Below are positions 12,758-25,604 of a DNA stretch of 64,000 nucleotides, piece after piece. This DNA comes from Dendrobates tinctorius (lineage: Eukaryota), in contig NW_027361738.1 of assembly GCF_039654945.1 (NCBI RefSeq), positions 20,832,001-20,896,000 of the forward strand, given 5' to 3'. Position 1 is the stretch's first letter. Every line of letters begins with the position of its first letter. Made by a program: the position numbers and the translations under genes. A model generated the notes under the pieces. It was not told where the DNA came from. It searched no databases and worked only from the letters and a program-made list of their open reading frames with translations.

Positions 12758-13347
12758 GGCCTGTTTCATACTTACATTATTCCCATCAGTTGCCATCTGC
12801 CAAAAAGGCGGAGAACAGATCCGTGTCCGTCAAGACACCAACGGGTGGCAACGGACCGGTGCATTGACGGGGTCCGCCGATGTAGGAATGTTAAAGGAAC
12901 CGCAGGGAATCCAAAAGTAACGCCGTGGTAGTGGGGCCGCAAGAACAGTCCGGGGTCGGGAGGAGATCGCGGGACGAGCCACGAGAAGAGTCCGGGGTCG
13001 GGAGGAGATCGCAGGATCGCAGGACGAGCCGCGAGAAGAGTCCGGGGTCGGGACGAGAGATTAGGGTTAACTTTTCGGCAAAGCCAATTCCGGGCATGTG
13101 CAGTGTAGAAATGCGGATCCGGCAACCAAAAAAACGTTGCAGTGTCCGTCCTGCCATGTCAGCGGACGCTAAAATTTTGGCGGATCCGTACAAAAATGGA
13201 TCCAACAGATAACCATCCGTCAAGATCCGCCGTTAATGCAAGTCAATGGGGGAAAAAACGGATCCGCCAACAAAAATGGCGGATCCGTTTTTTTTGCAAA
13301 ATGGCGGATTTTAACTGATGGTGAAAGACGAATGTGTGAAAGAGGCC
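12758..13347. mobile_element. Harbinger/PIF-type MITE
   Basis: TTA|GGCCTGTTTCATAC...GTGTGAAAGAGGCC|TGA. Multiple CGGATCCG palindromes; internal AGTCCGGGGTCGGGA x3. Confidence 0.75.
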
Positions 13348-13425
13348 TGAGAGGAAGTCCCCTTGTGTGCAATCTATGTGTCACATGGTATGTCGGTATA
13401 TACACACCTTTTCTGAAAGGGGGCG

Positions 13426-13470
13426 CCCCCTGAGGAAGCAACGAAATATCAAGCGAAATGTGCATTGGGG
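13426..13470 (+). ncRNA. Minimal type I hammerhead ribozyme motif (Penelope-like/retrozyme-type), CpG-decayed
   Basis: CCCC-CTGAGGA-A-GC(13 nt)GC-GAAA-TGTGCAT-T-GGGG: CUGANGA and GAAA cores, 4-bp stem I, short stems II and III. Confidence 0.7.
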
Positions 13471-15131
13471 AACGTGGTCACAGCACGGGCACTCACTATG
13501 GGTAATTAACCTCTTCATTCTTTACTTAGTCATGTAGCAGTCTTTGCATATGTATACATATATATTCATTGTTGATACCATGGTGATGTTTATGATTTAG
13601 GGGCACTTGTTCAGCATACCATTGCACTGCATGGTTGGCTATATGAGCCACCTGATACTGAGTGAATCAGCTGCCTGATGTTTACATTAACTCTTTCTAT
13701 CACCATTGGTTTGACATGTGTATCCATACATACTAATTGATATGATATATTTTATTGTACATTTTACTATTTATGTAATTGATGAACTTTTGTATTAATA
13801 AATACTTATTTTTCATTGTATATGGTAAACTCATTTTTTCTCCGTATTTTTTGATATGTATCTCTGAGTTTATATACATGAAATTTTCTTGACTTTGTGC
13901 TGGTACTTTTTATGTTCTATGACTTGCAGCTGTAGTTGCCACAAAAGGAGGCTCTACAAAGTACTGACTTTAGGGAGGTGAATAGTTAGGCACTCTGAAG
14001 TTTTCAGTTATTTTGTCCTATATGTTGTTTGCTTCACAAAAAAAGAGAAAATGAAATGATCACAGTTGTAGGATTGTTCTTTACCTGAACTGATGCAAAC
14101 CCTGCAAAAAAACAGTGAAATTCCAGATTGTGAAGCAGCAAAATACAAAAAATGCCAAGGGATGTGAAATCTTTCACAAGCCACTGTATATAGGGCTCTA
14201 CAGGACAATGAGAGAAATCTTCCACGTGTCTATAATTTTGGAACGTGCCTGCTGATGTTGCAGAAATTGCCTTCTTATATATAACCATACACTTTTCTAA
14301 GTTGTAGGTCAGATTGAGCAACATGGACCGAAGGCGATGGCGCTACTGGTAGGACATGCCGGATGACACTTGGATCAGTGAAGATCAGAACAGCACAGAG
14401 CAAAAATCTGACAAGCTTAGCAGGGACACCAGAAGACACAAGAAAGTGAAAATACGCAGGAACTATATCTCCACACTCCATAGGACTTGCAGCAATAAAG
14501 TGATTAATGCCAGAGTGGTATGCTATCATCAGACTGAGGGTCAATGGCAGAGACTCATGCAATTACCAAATGAATGGTTAACAGCAGGCAGTAGTGATGA
14601 AATCGGAGTTCATTGAAGTGATGATTAGCCCGCTTTGAGAAATGGATAGTGAATCAGCACACATGGTAACTGAATGCAAAACTCGCTGAATACTCAGGCA
14701 GCACATACACAGAGGTGAGTCTACATTTTCCTGCAATGTTCAATGAAGCTACAATCCTAGCTCCAGCGTTGTTAAATCGAGCCCCGCTGTATAATTCTGC
14801 TATTTCATGTTTCTAGCATTGCAAAATGAGCCTCTGTTGCAAACACATCCCTGCTACCATGGTTCATTATCACTGAGACAACTTTACTAATTGCTTTGCC
14901 AGTTCTGCTAGAATGAGCCTTTGTTGCAAACTCAAATTTATTAAATCTGCACCAGCACCACTTGTCCATGTTGGATTAAAACTGCTCTTCTGGACCAAGG
15001 GTTTTGAGGATCTACTTTTCCAACTGCGAGGTTACAAGACTTTTTTTTCCTATTTTTTTGTCGTGCCCTGCCCACTAAGCCGGGGCACTAATTGAAACTC
15101 CAATAAAAGTTTTGCCTGGAGTGTCCTTTTA

Positions 15132-15300
15132 AGGCGAGTGTGATGCGAGAAACTCATGCATCAATACCCAGCTCTGCCACCGGCACTCTGGACCAGAGTG
15201 AGCCGCACACTCCAGTCCGAGTGCATGCAACAGTGCCCGGTATTGATGCGAGAGACTCGAGCAAGTTCCTGGCATCACACTCGCACGTGTGACCCCGACC
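15132..15300. mobile_element. Short palindromic Harbinger-type MITE remnant
   Basis: GCGAGTGTGATG...CATCACACTCGC palindrome, ending GTGTGACCCCGACC|TAA. Related to 57879-58062. Confidence 0.6.
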
Positions 15301-16757
15301 TAACAAGCATGATTACATTTAAGATCAGTCATCACATACTTTTAATTATTTTTAGTAGAATATTTTAGCAGTTATGTTAATAACCTTGTTTTGCTGAAAA
15401 CAGCATTACTAAAAGCACATTGTGTCTCCACTCCTTTGCAGAGTATAATACAATATATTCCAGTAGATAAAAGAAACATGACAACCAGTAAGTGTAGGAA
15501 AAACTGTTGCAAGATTTACTACTTTCCTCTCTTGTTTTTATTAAAAAAAAAATCTTGTTTTTGAGCCAAGTTTAATTTAAATAGTTTTGGAAAGTCATGG
15601 GTTTCAGATGAATTGCAGAGGGAATATAAACTATATCGAGTACAGTAGCAAATCATTCTGCATCACTTGACGAAATAAGCTAGAATTTTATGGATTTCCC
15701 TTGCAGGTTTTTCATGGCATAAAAGTGTATAAAATCACAGCGCAAAAAGCTCATTTGACAAGTAACTGTGAGAATATCGAAAAGAAATATTACTTCTTTA
15801 TATGTTACACATTATATGTTAACACCTGATTAGTTAGCAGAAAAGGACTGTGTGAGATGCTCTCTCATCTACCCAAGAATAATGAAGTGCGTACTTTGTG
15901 AAATATGACCTAATATCATCCATGTCTAAGTTTGAATCCATTAAATCATTTTGCATTCCCACCATGGAGGGAACATTCAGCAGCAAGATAACATAGAAGC
16001 TGAAGATATTCACATGACGAAAAGTAACAATGGTCAAGGATCTACAAACAAGACGGCACCAGCACTTTTTTATTTTACACTTGGAAACAGGCCAAAAAGA
16101 TAAAAAAGTGATTTAAAAAGAAAGGATTGGAGATTTTTTTTTTCTTGTTCTTGGCCATTTTCCCACAGATTCATTCCAAACTACATTAGGCAGAACAAAC
16201 CAGTAAGCATTCTTGAACTTAATGGTCACACTGGAGAATTGGTTCTATGCCCTTAATCATAATATTAAGCATCCACATTGCTGGTAAATGAGCTGTGTTA
16301 TAAAACTGAGCTAAAACTGTTGCAGAAATCTATTGACCATTTAACTACATCAAGAGCAAACGGCAAAATAATTATTTTTTCTTCTACGAACAAAGTAATA
16401 AAAGTCATGAAGCTACAGCTTTATTAGTCAGGTCATCAATAGAGCAGCACCTTGGGGATGTTCAGCAATGAAAAATCTGTGGAATTTATTTTTCTAAAGT
16501 GTTTAATGACTTTTGGAGAAAGTCCTATATTTAGGTTTCACAGATCCATCTTATTTAAGAACGTTCATATCTCTAAAATGATCTCCAGGCACTCTTCTTA
16601 ATGTGGACCATTTGCCTGAGGATATCTCTAGTACTAATTACCTATAATTTTCTTTTCCTCACTGGTTTATTTGCTTGTATTTTAGAATCATTATTTCTTG
16701 AAGTAATGGAGCTAAGTTCACTATTTAAGAGTTTGTACCAATTTGTGAAATTATCTC

Positions 16758-16995
16758 TAGAGATGAGCAAATCCGAACTGTAAAGTTCTGGGTTTGTACA
16801 GGGCACCTAGTGAACTCCAAACACGGACTTATCCTGAAATTCTGTTATACAGTTTGGCGAGGAGAGAGATAGAGACGTCCCCATTAATTTTAATGGGGTT
16901 CAAGTTCAAATACAGTTCTGGTACCCAAACTGAACTTTGGACTAAAGTTCGGTCGGGTACAAGAACCAAAACTTCCATGGGTCGACTTATCCCTA
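16758..16995. mobile_element. hAT-type MITE
   Basis: TAGAGATGAGC.../...ACTTATCCCTA termini with repeated CCGAAC/GTTCGG subterminal motifs. TSD degenerate. Confidence 0.6.
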
Positions 16996-17109
16996 GTTGT
17001 CCCCTATTCATAAAATAGGGCATAAGTTACTATGATCCCCAGCAGGACCGGCGTCCCCACCTGGTACACCCAGGCAAGTGCCAGGGCACTTGGCGAATAG
17101 AAGCCATTC

Positions 17110-17680
17110 TGGGGCCATTATACTGTATGGAGCAATATATGGGAGTCATTATATACTGTATGGGGCTCATTATACTGTATGAAGCATTATTTGAGGTCCA
17201 TTATATGGATGTAGTAATATATGGAGCCCATCATTCTGTATGGAGCACTATATTGGCCCATGGAGGACTATGTTGTGCCCATTATACTGTAAGAAGCACT
17301 ATGTGGTGCCAATAATACTGTATGGAGCAATATATGGGGCCCATTAAGCTGTATGGAGTAATATGTGGTGCCCACTATACTGTATGGAGCAATATATGAG
17401 GCCCATTATACTGTATGGAGGACTATGTAGTGCCCATAATTCTGTATGGAGGACTATGTGTTGCCCATAATACTGTATGGAGGACTATGTGGTGCCCATA
17501 ATACTGTATGGATGACTATGTGTTGCCCATAATTCTGTATAGAGGACTATGTGGTCATCATAATACTGTATGGAGAATCATGTGGTACCCATAATGCTGT
17601 ATGGAGGACTATGTGATGCCCATAATATTGTTTGGAGGACTATGTGGTGACCATAATAGTATGGAGGTCTATACTGTCCA
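17110..17680 (+). repeat. 31-bp minisatellite (CCCATAATACTGTATGGAGGACTATGTGGTG)n, probably inside an hAT remnant starting ~17043
   Basis: About 18 degenerate copies visible. Confidence 0.9.
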
Positions 17681-17817
17681 GTCCATATTGATAAGTCTGC
17701 AGTCACTCTGCGTGCTGTGCGTTGCAAGGATTCACCAGTTTCTGAACTATTGTAGGATTTACAATAGATATCACTCATGTAATGTAAGTAATAAGTGAAA
17801 TCTTTGGCATTGTACTA

Positions 17818-19055
17818 TGTGAAGGAAAGGACCGGTTCCTCTCATGTCACCAATGTGACGTAACTACACAGGTACAGCTCTCTGGCTCCCCCTTTGTCTC
17901 TCAGGTCAATAAGGGAACTGCACCTAGTGCAAATGGCCGCCGGGGAGGATGTCCTGTTACCCGCTGGGTATTCTAAGATCTGTAATCAGAGTAAAAGCAT
18001 CAGCCCAAGATTAATTTTATAGTTTAATTGCCTTAAGGGCGCACTAGATAATTACAGAAATATACAGTAAGCTATACAACAGAATTACAGTGGATTTGCA
18101 GTCAGAGTAAAAATATAACAATAATGGTGCAAGACTTAGATATTAAGCTGGAGGTCAATTTACCAGGTTGTAGGTTGCATGTGGATGCTGGGAGCTCTGC
18201 AGTCCACAGGTACAAGAATCTTAGTTGCCGGACAGACCCCAAAGCACGGGCCGCTGCTCCCTTGGCAGGTTTGTCCCCAGTTCCTTCTTAGATCATCATC
18301 TGGTTCTTCTGTGTGAGTGAGACCTTCTGCCATGTGCTCCCAGTTCTTAAGCATGCTGGGTTCCTCCCCCCTTTGTCAGAGGGTGGGATAATAATCTCCA
18401 CCCTTTAGCTCCCTGCAGAACTTATTCCCAATATCTAAGAAAGGGGGTAACTTCCTCCAAGATGATCGGATCAGGACACGAGAGGTACCAGTGAATGCGA
18501 TTTGTTTTGCCTGCCATGTGGAGAGCAAACATGGCCCCATTGGATCGCTGTGGATGGCCAATCTATATATATCAGTTCCCAGAGCCTTCACTGACTCAGG
18601 AGTCACACTGCCAGATGCGTGATTTCCTCAGGGTCACGCGGATATTTTTTATGAGTCTATAACTCGAAAGGTGTGCTCATAATCCATGATCCTAGAATGG
18701 AGTCGGAGCGGCTGGGAGAGACAATGGATATGTATTTCTGTGTCCAGATGACAGGTATATTCTAATTGAAGGCCCCAGGCACCTTCATGCCACATGCTGG
18801 CGTGGCTCCTACTCAAGCTTTGAAGTTCTGTTTTGGCCTTATCTCATTATTATACTAAAAGACCTTGCTATTCAACATTGGAGCACTAAATCCTGTTTTC
18901 TTCAATATGCTTACAGGCACTGGGGGGTGGGAGCAGTTAGCTGCCTGTAATTCTTGTGAACTCAGACCAAAATGGCGTCACTGGGACAGGCCAAGCTCAG
19001 ACATGAGGCAAGCATTAGGCCCCATATCCAAGATGGCGGCTGCTCCTTCATCACA
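17818..19055. mobile_element. Solo LTR (1238 bp)
   Basis: TGTGA...TCACA termini and a perfect 5-bp TSD, TACTA (17813-17817 and 19056-19060). No coding content. Confidence 0.8.
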
Positions 19056-20058
19056 TACTATATCTAGATTTCTTTTCTGTGCATCATAAATCATGGTATG
19101 TGTTAAAGGACTCTTCCACCTGGGGCCCACAAAAACCTGGAGCTGGCCCTGATCCCCGCAATCCCAAGCATAGGGCTCAGCACAGTTCCATCTGTAAAAT
19201 GCCAGGGTTGTTCATGCGCACTTCCATTCCATTCATTCTTTATAGGATAGAGGGAGATGGCTGACTGCAGGGCTCTCTTTATATCTGTAATGTGGCACGC
19301 CATGGCTATTATGGTCTCATAGTGAATGAGTATGCAGCATGCCTGATATAATACACAGGCACATAAAAGGGATTCTCACATAGGGCCCCTGTATGCTACC
19401 ATAGTTTCCCATATGCATGGACTTTAGATCAGACAATGCAAACTTCTCTCCTTCACCCAATATATTTTGTGCCAATTACATTTTTGTCATGCTGTTATCT
19501 GAATTTTCTTCTATTTTTTTGTGTGTACGTTTTCATGCAAAAGTTGCAAATAAATATATTTTCATATTAGTTCTACAAAGGAATACTGAAAAAAACAATG
19601 TGAGCAAAAGCTAGGAAGTTGAAAGACAGCTCTGTGCCACTAAGTTTCCAATTTCAACCCTTTGCTTATGTAAATGCATTTGTTTGAAGATTTTTTTCCC
19701 CTGCATTTATAGCCACCATAGCCATACATTTTTTTTTATTTAGCAATCAGCTGTAGATTTTTTTAGACACCATTTTCCATGCACAGAAATAAGCATTCAT
19801 TTGTATACAGTATATTGTGGATTGGAAGCAGAAGAAAAAAAATCACCCATTTTTATTCATGTCATTTATTGTTCACCAGAAATAATGTATTCACTGAACT
19901 GCACAAATTGTTTCAGTTATATAGCCACCAAAATGCTCTCATAACATTTTGACATTTAATAATGTATTAAAAATGTGTTTTTTAATTGTTTTAATGCTGT
20001 GTTTTTTTATTAACTAAATAAAAAATATTTACTTTTCACCTTCTTTTCTACCTATTAA

Positions 20059-21420
20059 AGGGAACCTGTCACCAGATTTTCCCCATATAAAGTAGGGCCA
20101 GCACCTGTAAACTCCCTGTTTCAGCATACTAAAATGCTATACATTATATATGTCCTCAATGCTCTCTGCAAGGCACAAAAATAGTTTTTATCATACTCAG
20201 TTCAGTCTGATGGGCATCTCTGGTTTTCATCTGGCACCTCATCTCTTCTTACAATCGTCATCCTCCTTCCCTGCTTCATGTTGATGACGTGTCCTATGCA
20301 GACACACTTCTCTACCCTGATGAGGGGAGAGCAAAATACTGTAGTGTGTAAGGGGCTGACATTGCTATGGACAGCAGAGACACGCTGCCACTTTAAGAGA
20401 CAGCACCCCCTTGGCTGATGTGATGGTATCTTCTGTTCTACCCTTCAAAAGACTGTTTTGGTTTGCTCTTCCAGCTATGGAGAGGGGAGAGGCAGTTTTC
20501 CCAGTGAGGGTTCTGAGCTGGGAGTCTGCAGGAGACTGACGTGAGGAGTAAAGCGTGCAGCTTGTAACTGACTGAACTTGAGGGATTGTGTATACCCTTC
20601 TGGGGATAACGAAGGTGATTTTCCTGTGTTGCTGCGAGGAGCCATGAAGATATACAAGGAAGAATCCAGAGGAGAGAATTCACCGTTTCTAGGAACAGGC
20701 TCGGAATCTTCACACAAGGACAAGACCACCTTGCACAGAGCTTCCAGAGAGGACATCGCATCATCTTGCAGAAAACTGCAGGGGGCCCCCAGGAAGGAAC
20801 TGAGACACCAACTTGACTGTGACTGTTAACCCCATGTTCACACATGTTTAGGCCTTAGGATAAGCTGCAATAGACAGAGTACGGTAGCTGTGCGGCCAGA
20901 GTAGCAATGGCCAGTCAGGCTATAGTTAGAGTAGCATCATACTGTACTTTATTGTGTTGTTTTGACTTTTGAAAAATACACTGATCTGTAATAGTTGGTG
21001 CACCGTGCCATTTGTATGGCCCAGCTAGAGAACATTACTTTTGTAAATTGTTTTATGTCATTGAATACCCCTGTTTACACTTTCCTAACACTGCATTCCT
21101 TGCCTGTAAATAAATTAATCCTTTGTTGTTTGCACCTCATCTTGTATACTGTAGTCTCCCTGCATTGTGGTGGTCCCCCGGCCATCTCTTCATGTGCATG
21201 CGTCAGCTTTAACCTATGGGTCATCAGCGCTCTTTGGCCTTTCACTGTGCATGCGAACTACAGTACTTTGCTCTGCCCTCAGCAGAGCAGAGAGAAGTGT
21301 GTCTGCGCAGAAGTGGAATGGTGACACTGTGTGGATGACATCCACATGAAGCAGGGAAGGAGGACAACTATCGTAAGAAGAGAGGAGGTGCCAGATCATG
21401 ACCAGAGGCGCCCATCGGAA
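20059..21420. mobile_element. Kolobok/T2-type palindromic MITE (right end lost) with central insertion
   Basis: TTAA|AGGGAACCTGTCA start. ~20205-20345 is inverted-repeated at ~21255-21420. Confidence 0.65.
20347..21180 (+). mobile_element. Possible solo-LTR-like insertion
   Basis: Starts TGTAAG at the centre of the host palindrome; AATAAA at ~21109 followed by a short U5-like stretch. No terminal CA or TSD found. Confidence 0.35.
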
Positions 21421-21470
21421 CACCGTCGCACCACATACACACACACTCTATACGCCATATGCATTCTCAC

Positions 21471-21750
21471 ACTCACACAGCCTCTCGCGTGGTACCACCA
21501 GCGGAACACCGTCACACTGCGCCTGCACGAATTCTATACAGGCGCAGTGAATCATTCAGCTGATCCCAGCGGCAGATGCACAGTCACACAGTCACTCACA
21601 CTCACGCGGTACCACCAGCGGAACACCCTCACACTCTCACACACGCAGCCTCTTGCATGGTACCACCAGCGGAACACCGTCGCACTGTGCCTGAGCGAAT
21701 TCCATGCAGGCGCAGTGAATCATTCGGCTGCTCCTGGCGGCAGATGCGCG
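21471..21750 (+). repeat. Local direct duplication (~110 bp, offset ~170) with GGTACCACCAGCGGAACACC x3
   Basis: Visible directly, and as WYHQRNT x3 in ORF 21331-21819. Confidence 0.75.
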
Positions 21751-22013
21751 ACGTGTCTACAGGCAGAGGAAGCCGGTTATGTTAAAGGAGTTTTCCCAAG
21801 AAACGAAAGTTCATTTTAAAAATTGTCTGTGTCTGACCGTGTATGGAGCATACCACATCTCCTGGGCAGTGGAGGAAGCAAAAGACAATACTGACATTAC
21901 AGCAGGGGATCACAGAGGATTCATTTTGTAAGGTAAAATATTTCACTGACTGTTTTTAAACAATATTTTACCTCACAAAATGTATCCTCTGCGATCTCTT
22001 GCTGTAATGTCAG

Positions 22014-25000
22014 CAGGGCTGCCACTAGGAATTTCGGGGCCCCATACTGGTAAAATTTTCGGGGCCCCCTTGAGACTCCGCCCAGGCTCCATCCCAGCCC
22101 CGCCTCCACCCCTCGAACTGTCCAAAGTCCCACCGCTCTCTCTTGGAAAAACACTTCTCACCAATCACACATTAACAGTTCCCATCACCAGATCACACAT
22201 ATAGCCGCCAGCTATTGTTTTGGCCAAAAGATTTTTTAAGCCACTACCATAACACGGTAGACTCTTTTGGCCGTGCCCTAATCTACTCTAACCTATTAAA
22301 TATTTGTTAAAATATGTGATACAATTTAGGTTTTTTTTATTTTTCAATTTTGAAAATGACCAATAAAATCACATACAAGGGAAAAATACCACCGCACCAT
22401 GTCCAGACCACATAGTGACCTATAATACCACACACAAGGAACAAATACCGCCAGACCATGACCAGACCACATATTACCACCACAGTGACTGAATACTACA
22501 ATACTGATCAGTAATAAAAAAACACGATACTATCACCATAAGTGCCATTATACACAGGAGATCTGTACTTAGTATGCAGTGTCTGTGTACAGGTAATACA
22601 GTGATCAATGACATTATACACAGGGCCTCTATGCAGTGTATAGTGTCAGTGTATAGGTAACACACTAACTCACCAGTGACGTCTCTAGGTGAAGTCCTTC
22701 ATCTTTGTTTTTCATCTTTCATCCAGCACAGATCGCCATCACGTCTTCCAGCCAGGGCTCGTCTCTGCAGGAAAAAACACAGTTATCTAGAGCTCCGCTT
22801 GCAGAACACATTACTTATTTTTCCCAACTTCTACATTACATCACATGAAGAAAAAAGGTGACATAGTGTCACTCTACACAGTAACAGGACCGCCCCCCCT
22901 CCATTTAAAACAGTATACTCAAAAAATAAAATAAATACATCACTGCAGTAATAATATCCCTTAATTAGACCCTGTGGTAATAATATCCCCCATCCTAGCC
23001 CCCCGTGTGTCTCATTCCTAGCTTCAGCCATACGTTCTCCCATCCCCCCCTCATAAGTATCCATTCTGCCCCATATGATCTTCCCATCCTGCCCCATCTG
23101 TCTCCACCGTATCCATCCTGCCCCATGATCCTGCACAATCTGTCTCCAACCCTGCCCCATCTGTCTCCAATCCTGCCCCCAGTGTCTCAAGTCATGCCCC
23201 CATGTCTTTGATCCTGCCCCCTGTGTCTCCAATCATGCCCCGTATCTCATTCTACCCCTTCCTGTGTCTCACTGTCACATTCTGCCCCCTCCTGTGTCTC
23301 ACTGTCACATTCTGCCCCCGTGTCCATTCAGCCCCCTCCTGTGTCTCACTGTCACATTCTGCCCCTATTGTGTCCAGCATTCTGCCCCATCGTGTCCAGC
23401 AATCTGCCCCATCGTGTCCAGCAATCTGCCCCATCGTGTCCAGCATTCTGCCCCCATCATGTCCAGCATTCTGCCCCCATCATGTCCAGCATTCTGCCCC
23501 ATCGTCACCAGCATTCTGCCCCATCATGCCCAGAATTCTGCCCCATCATGCCCAGCAATCTGCCCCATCTTGACCAGCATTCTGCCCCATCATCACCAGC
23601 ATTCTGCCCCATCATCACCAGCATTCTGCCCCATCGTCACCAGCATTCTGCCCCATCATCATCAGCATTTTGCCCCATCGTGTCCAGCATTCTGTTCCAT
23701 CATGTCTAGCATTCTGCCCCCATCATGTCCAGCATTCTGCCCCATTGTGTCCAGCATTCTGCCCCATCGTCACCAGCATTCTGCCCCCATCATGTCTAGC
23801 AATCTGCCCCATCGTGTCCAGCAATCTGCCCCATCGTGTCCAGCAATCTGCCCCATCGTGCCCAGCATTGTGCCCCCATCATGACCAGCAATCTGTCCCA
23901 TCATGTACAGCAATCTGCCCCATTATGCCCAGCATTCTGCCCCTATCATGACCAGCAATCTGCCCCATCGTGTCCAGCAATCTGCTCCATCGTGTCCAGC
24001 AATCTGCCCCATCGTGCCCAGCAATCTGCCCCATCGTGCCCAGCATTCTGCCCCATCGTGACCAGCAATCTGCCCCATCGTGCCCAGCATTCTGCCCCAA
24101 TCATGACCAGCAATCTGCCCCATCGTGTCCAGCAATCTGCCCCATCATGCCCAGCATTCTGCCCCCATCATGACCAGCAATCTACCCCATCATGTCCAGC
24201 AATCTGCCCCATCGTGCCCAGCATTCTGCCCCTATCATGACCAGCAATCTGCCCCATCGTGTCCAGCAATCTGCCCCATCATGCCCAGCATTCTGCCCCA
24301 TCGTGCCCAGCATTCTGCCCCCATCATGACCAGCAATCTGCCCCATCGTGTCCAGCAATCTGCCCATCGTGCCCAGCAATCTGCCCCAACGTGCCCAGCA
24401 TTCTGCCCACATCATGTCCAGCAATCTGCCCCATCGTGCCCAGCATTCTGCCCCTATCATGACCAGCAATCTGCCCCATCATGTCCAGCAATCTGCCCCA
24501 TCATGCCCAGCATTCTGCCCCAATCATGACCAGCAATCTGCTCCATCGTGTCCAGCAATCTGCCCCATCATGTCAGCATTCTGCACCCATCATGACCAGC
24601 AATCTGCCCCATCATGTCCAGCAATCTGCCCCATCGTGCCCAGCATTCTGCCCCTATCATGACCAGCAATCTGCCCCATCGTGTCCAGCAATCTGCCCCA
24701 TCATGCCCAGCAATCTGCCCCATCGTGCCCAGAAATCTGCCCCAACGTGCCCAGCATTCTGCCCCCATCATGACCAGCAATCTGCCCCATTGTGTCCAGC
24801 AATCTGCCCCATTGTTCCCAGCATTCTGCCCCAATCATGTCCAGCAATCTGCCCCATCGTGCCCAGCATTCTGCCCCATGTCCAGCATTCTGCTTCTGCC
24901 CCCAGCATTCTGCCCCCATCTCACAGTCTGCCCCAGGCCCCACGGATTGCCGCTCTCAAAAAAAAAAAAAGGCTCCGTCCCTCTCCCAGTCCCACGTTGC

Positions 25001-25295
25001 ACACACTGACCGAATGAGGAAGTAGTGCAGATCAGTGTGTGATGTCAGGTGAGGGCGGCGCAGTGGCTGGACCATTGTGCAGGGGGGGGATTGCGGCGCT
25101 GGCTGGACCATGGTGCGGGGGGGCCTGCCCGGGGGGCCCGGCAGGCGCTAGGTATTCATTTAAAAAAAAGCTGCAGATGCCTGAATAAAATGTAGGGGGG
25201 CCCTAGCGTGGACCGGGCTGCCAGCGTGGTCGGGCCCCACTAATCACCGGGCTCCATACACATGTAAGGGCTGTCATGCCCTGATGGCGGCCCTG
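22014..25295 (+). mobile_element. Non-autonomous hAT element (3282 bp)
   Basis: TIR CAGGGCTGCCA / TGGCGGCCCTG; perfect 8-bp TSD AATGTCAG (22006-22013, 25296-25303). Confidence 0.92.
23040..24935 (+). repeat. ~21-23-bp minisatellite (CCAGCA[A/T]TCTGCCCCATC[A/G]TG[T/C/A])n
   Basis: About 80 units. Explains the many low-complexity ORFs at 23005-25025. Confidence 0.97.
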
Positions 25296-25345
25296 AATGT
25301 CAGAATTGTATTTTGCTTCCTCCCCTGCCCAGGACCTGTGGTATG

Positions 25346-25604
25346 ATCTGTACACGGTCAGACACAGGGGCGAGAGAGACAGAGCACAGGGGGAGACAGC
25401 TCAAATGGGACAGCACATGAGGGGAGAACACAGCACAGGAAAGAGAGAGACGGCAGACAAGGGGGATAGCCCATGGGGTAGACAGGTCAAAGAAGAGAGC
25501 ACAGATGGGAGAAGTCAGCACAGAGAAGAGAGAGTGGATAAGTAGGTGAGCACATGGGGGTAGCCTGCCACGATCGTGACTTTACGCATCGGGCCTCCAT
25601 CTAG
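25346..25604 (+). mobile_element. Possible Helitron-type 3' end with AG-rich degenerate repeat
   Basis: Ends ...GCATCGGGCCTCCATCTAG|T (CTAG before T). Subterminal hairpin is degenerate. Confidence 0.3.

Larger units (their letters stand above)
12531..14186 (+). mobile_element. Internally deleted Tc1-like element hosting a MITE and a hammerhead-bearing insert
   Basis: TA|CAGTGGCTT...AAGCCACTG|TA termini. Homologous in reverse orientation to 46370-48235. Confidence 0.8.
21786..25345. mobile_element. Kolobok/T2-type palindromic MITE interrupted by the hAT element
   Basis: TTAA|AGGAGTTTTCC start. Arm 21827-21930 pairs with 21975-22013 plus 25304-25345. Confidence 0.75.

Noticed and set aside
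14275-14714. Overlapping 86-95 aa ORFs with flanking splice-like signals
   Set aside because: No frame is open across the putative exon and no recognisable domain.
23005-25025. Long Pro/Ser/Cys/His-rich ORFs (keratin-associated or mucin-like)
   Set aside because: Open in several frames on both strands because of a stop-poor minisatellite inside a TSD-bounded hAT element.
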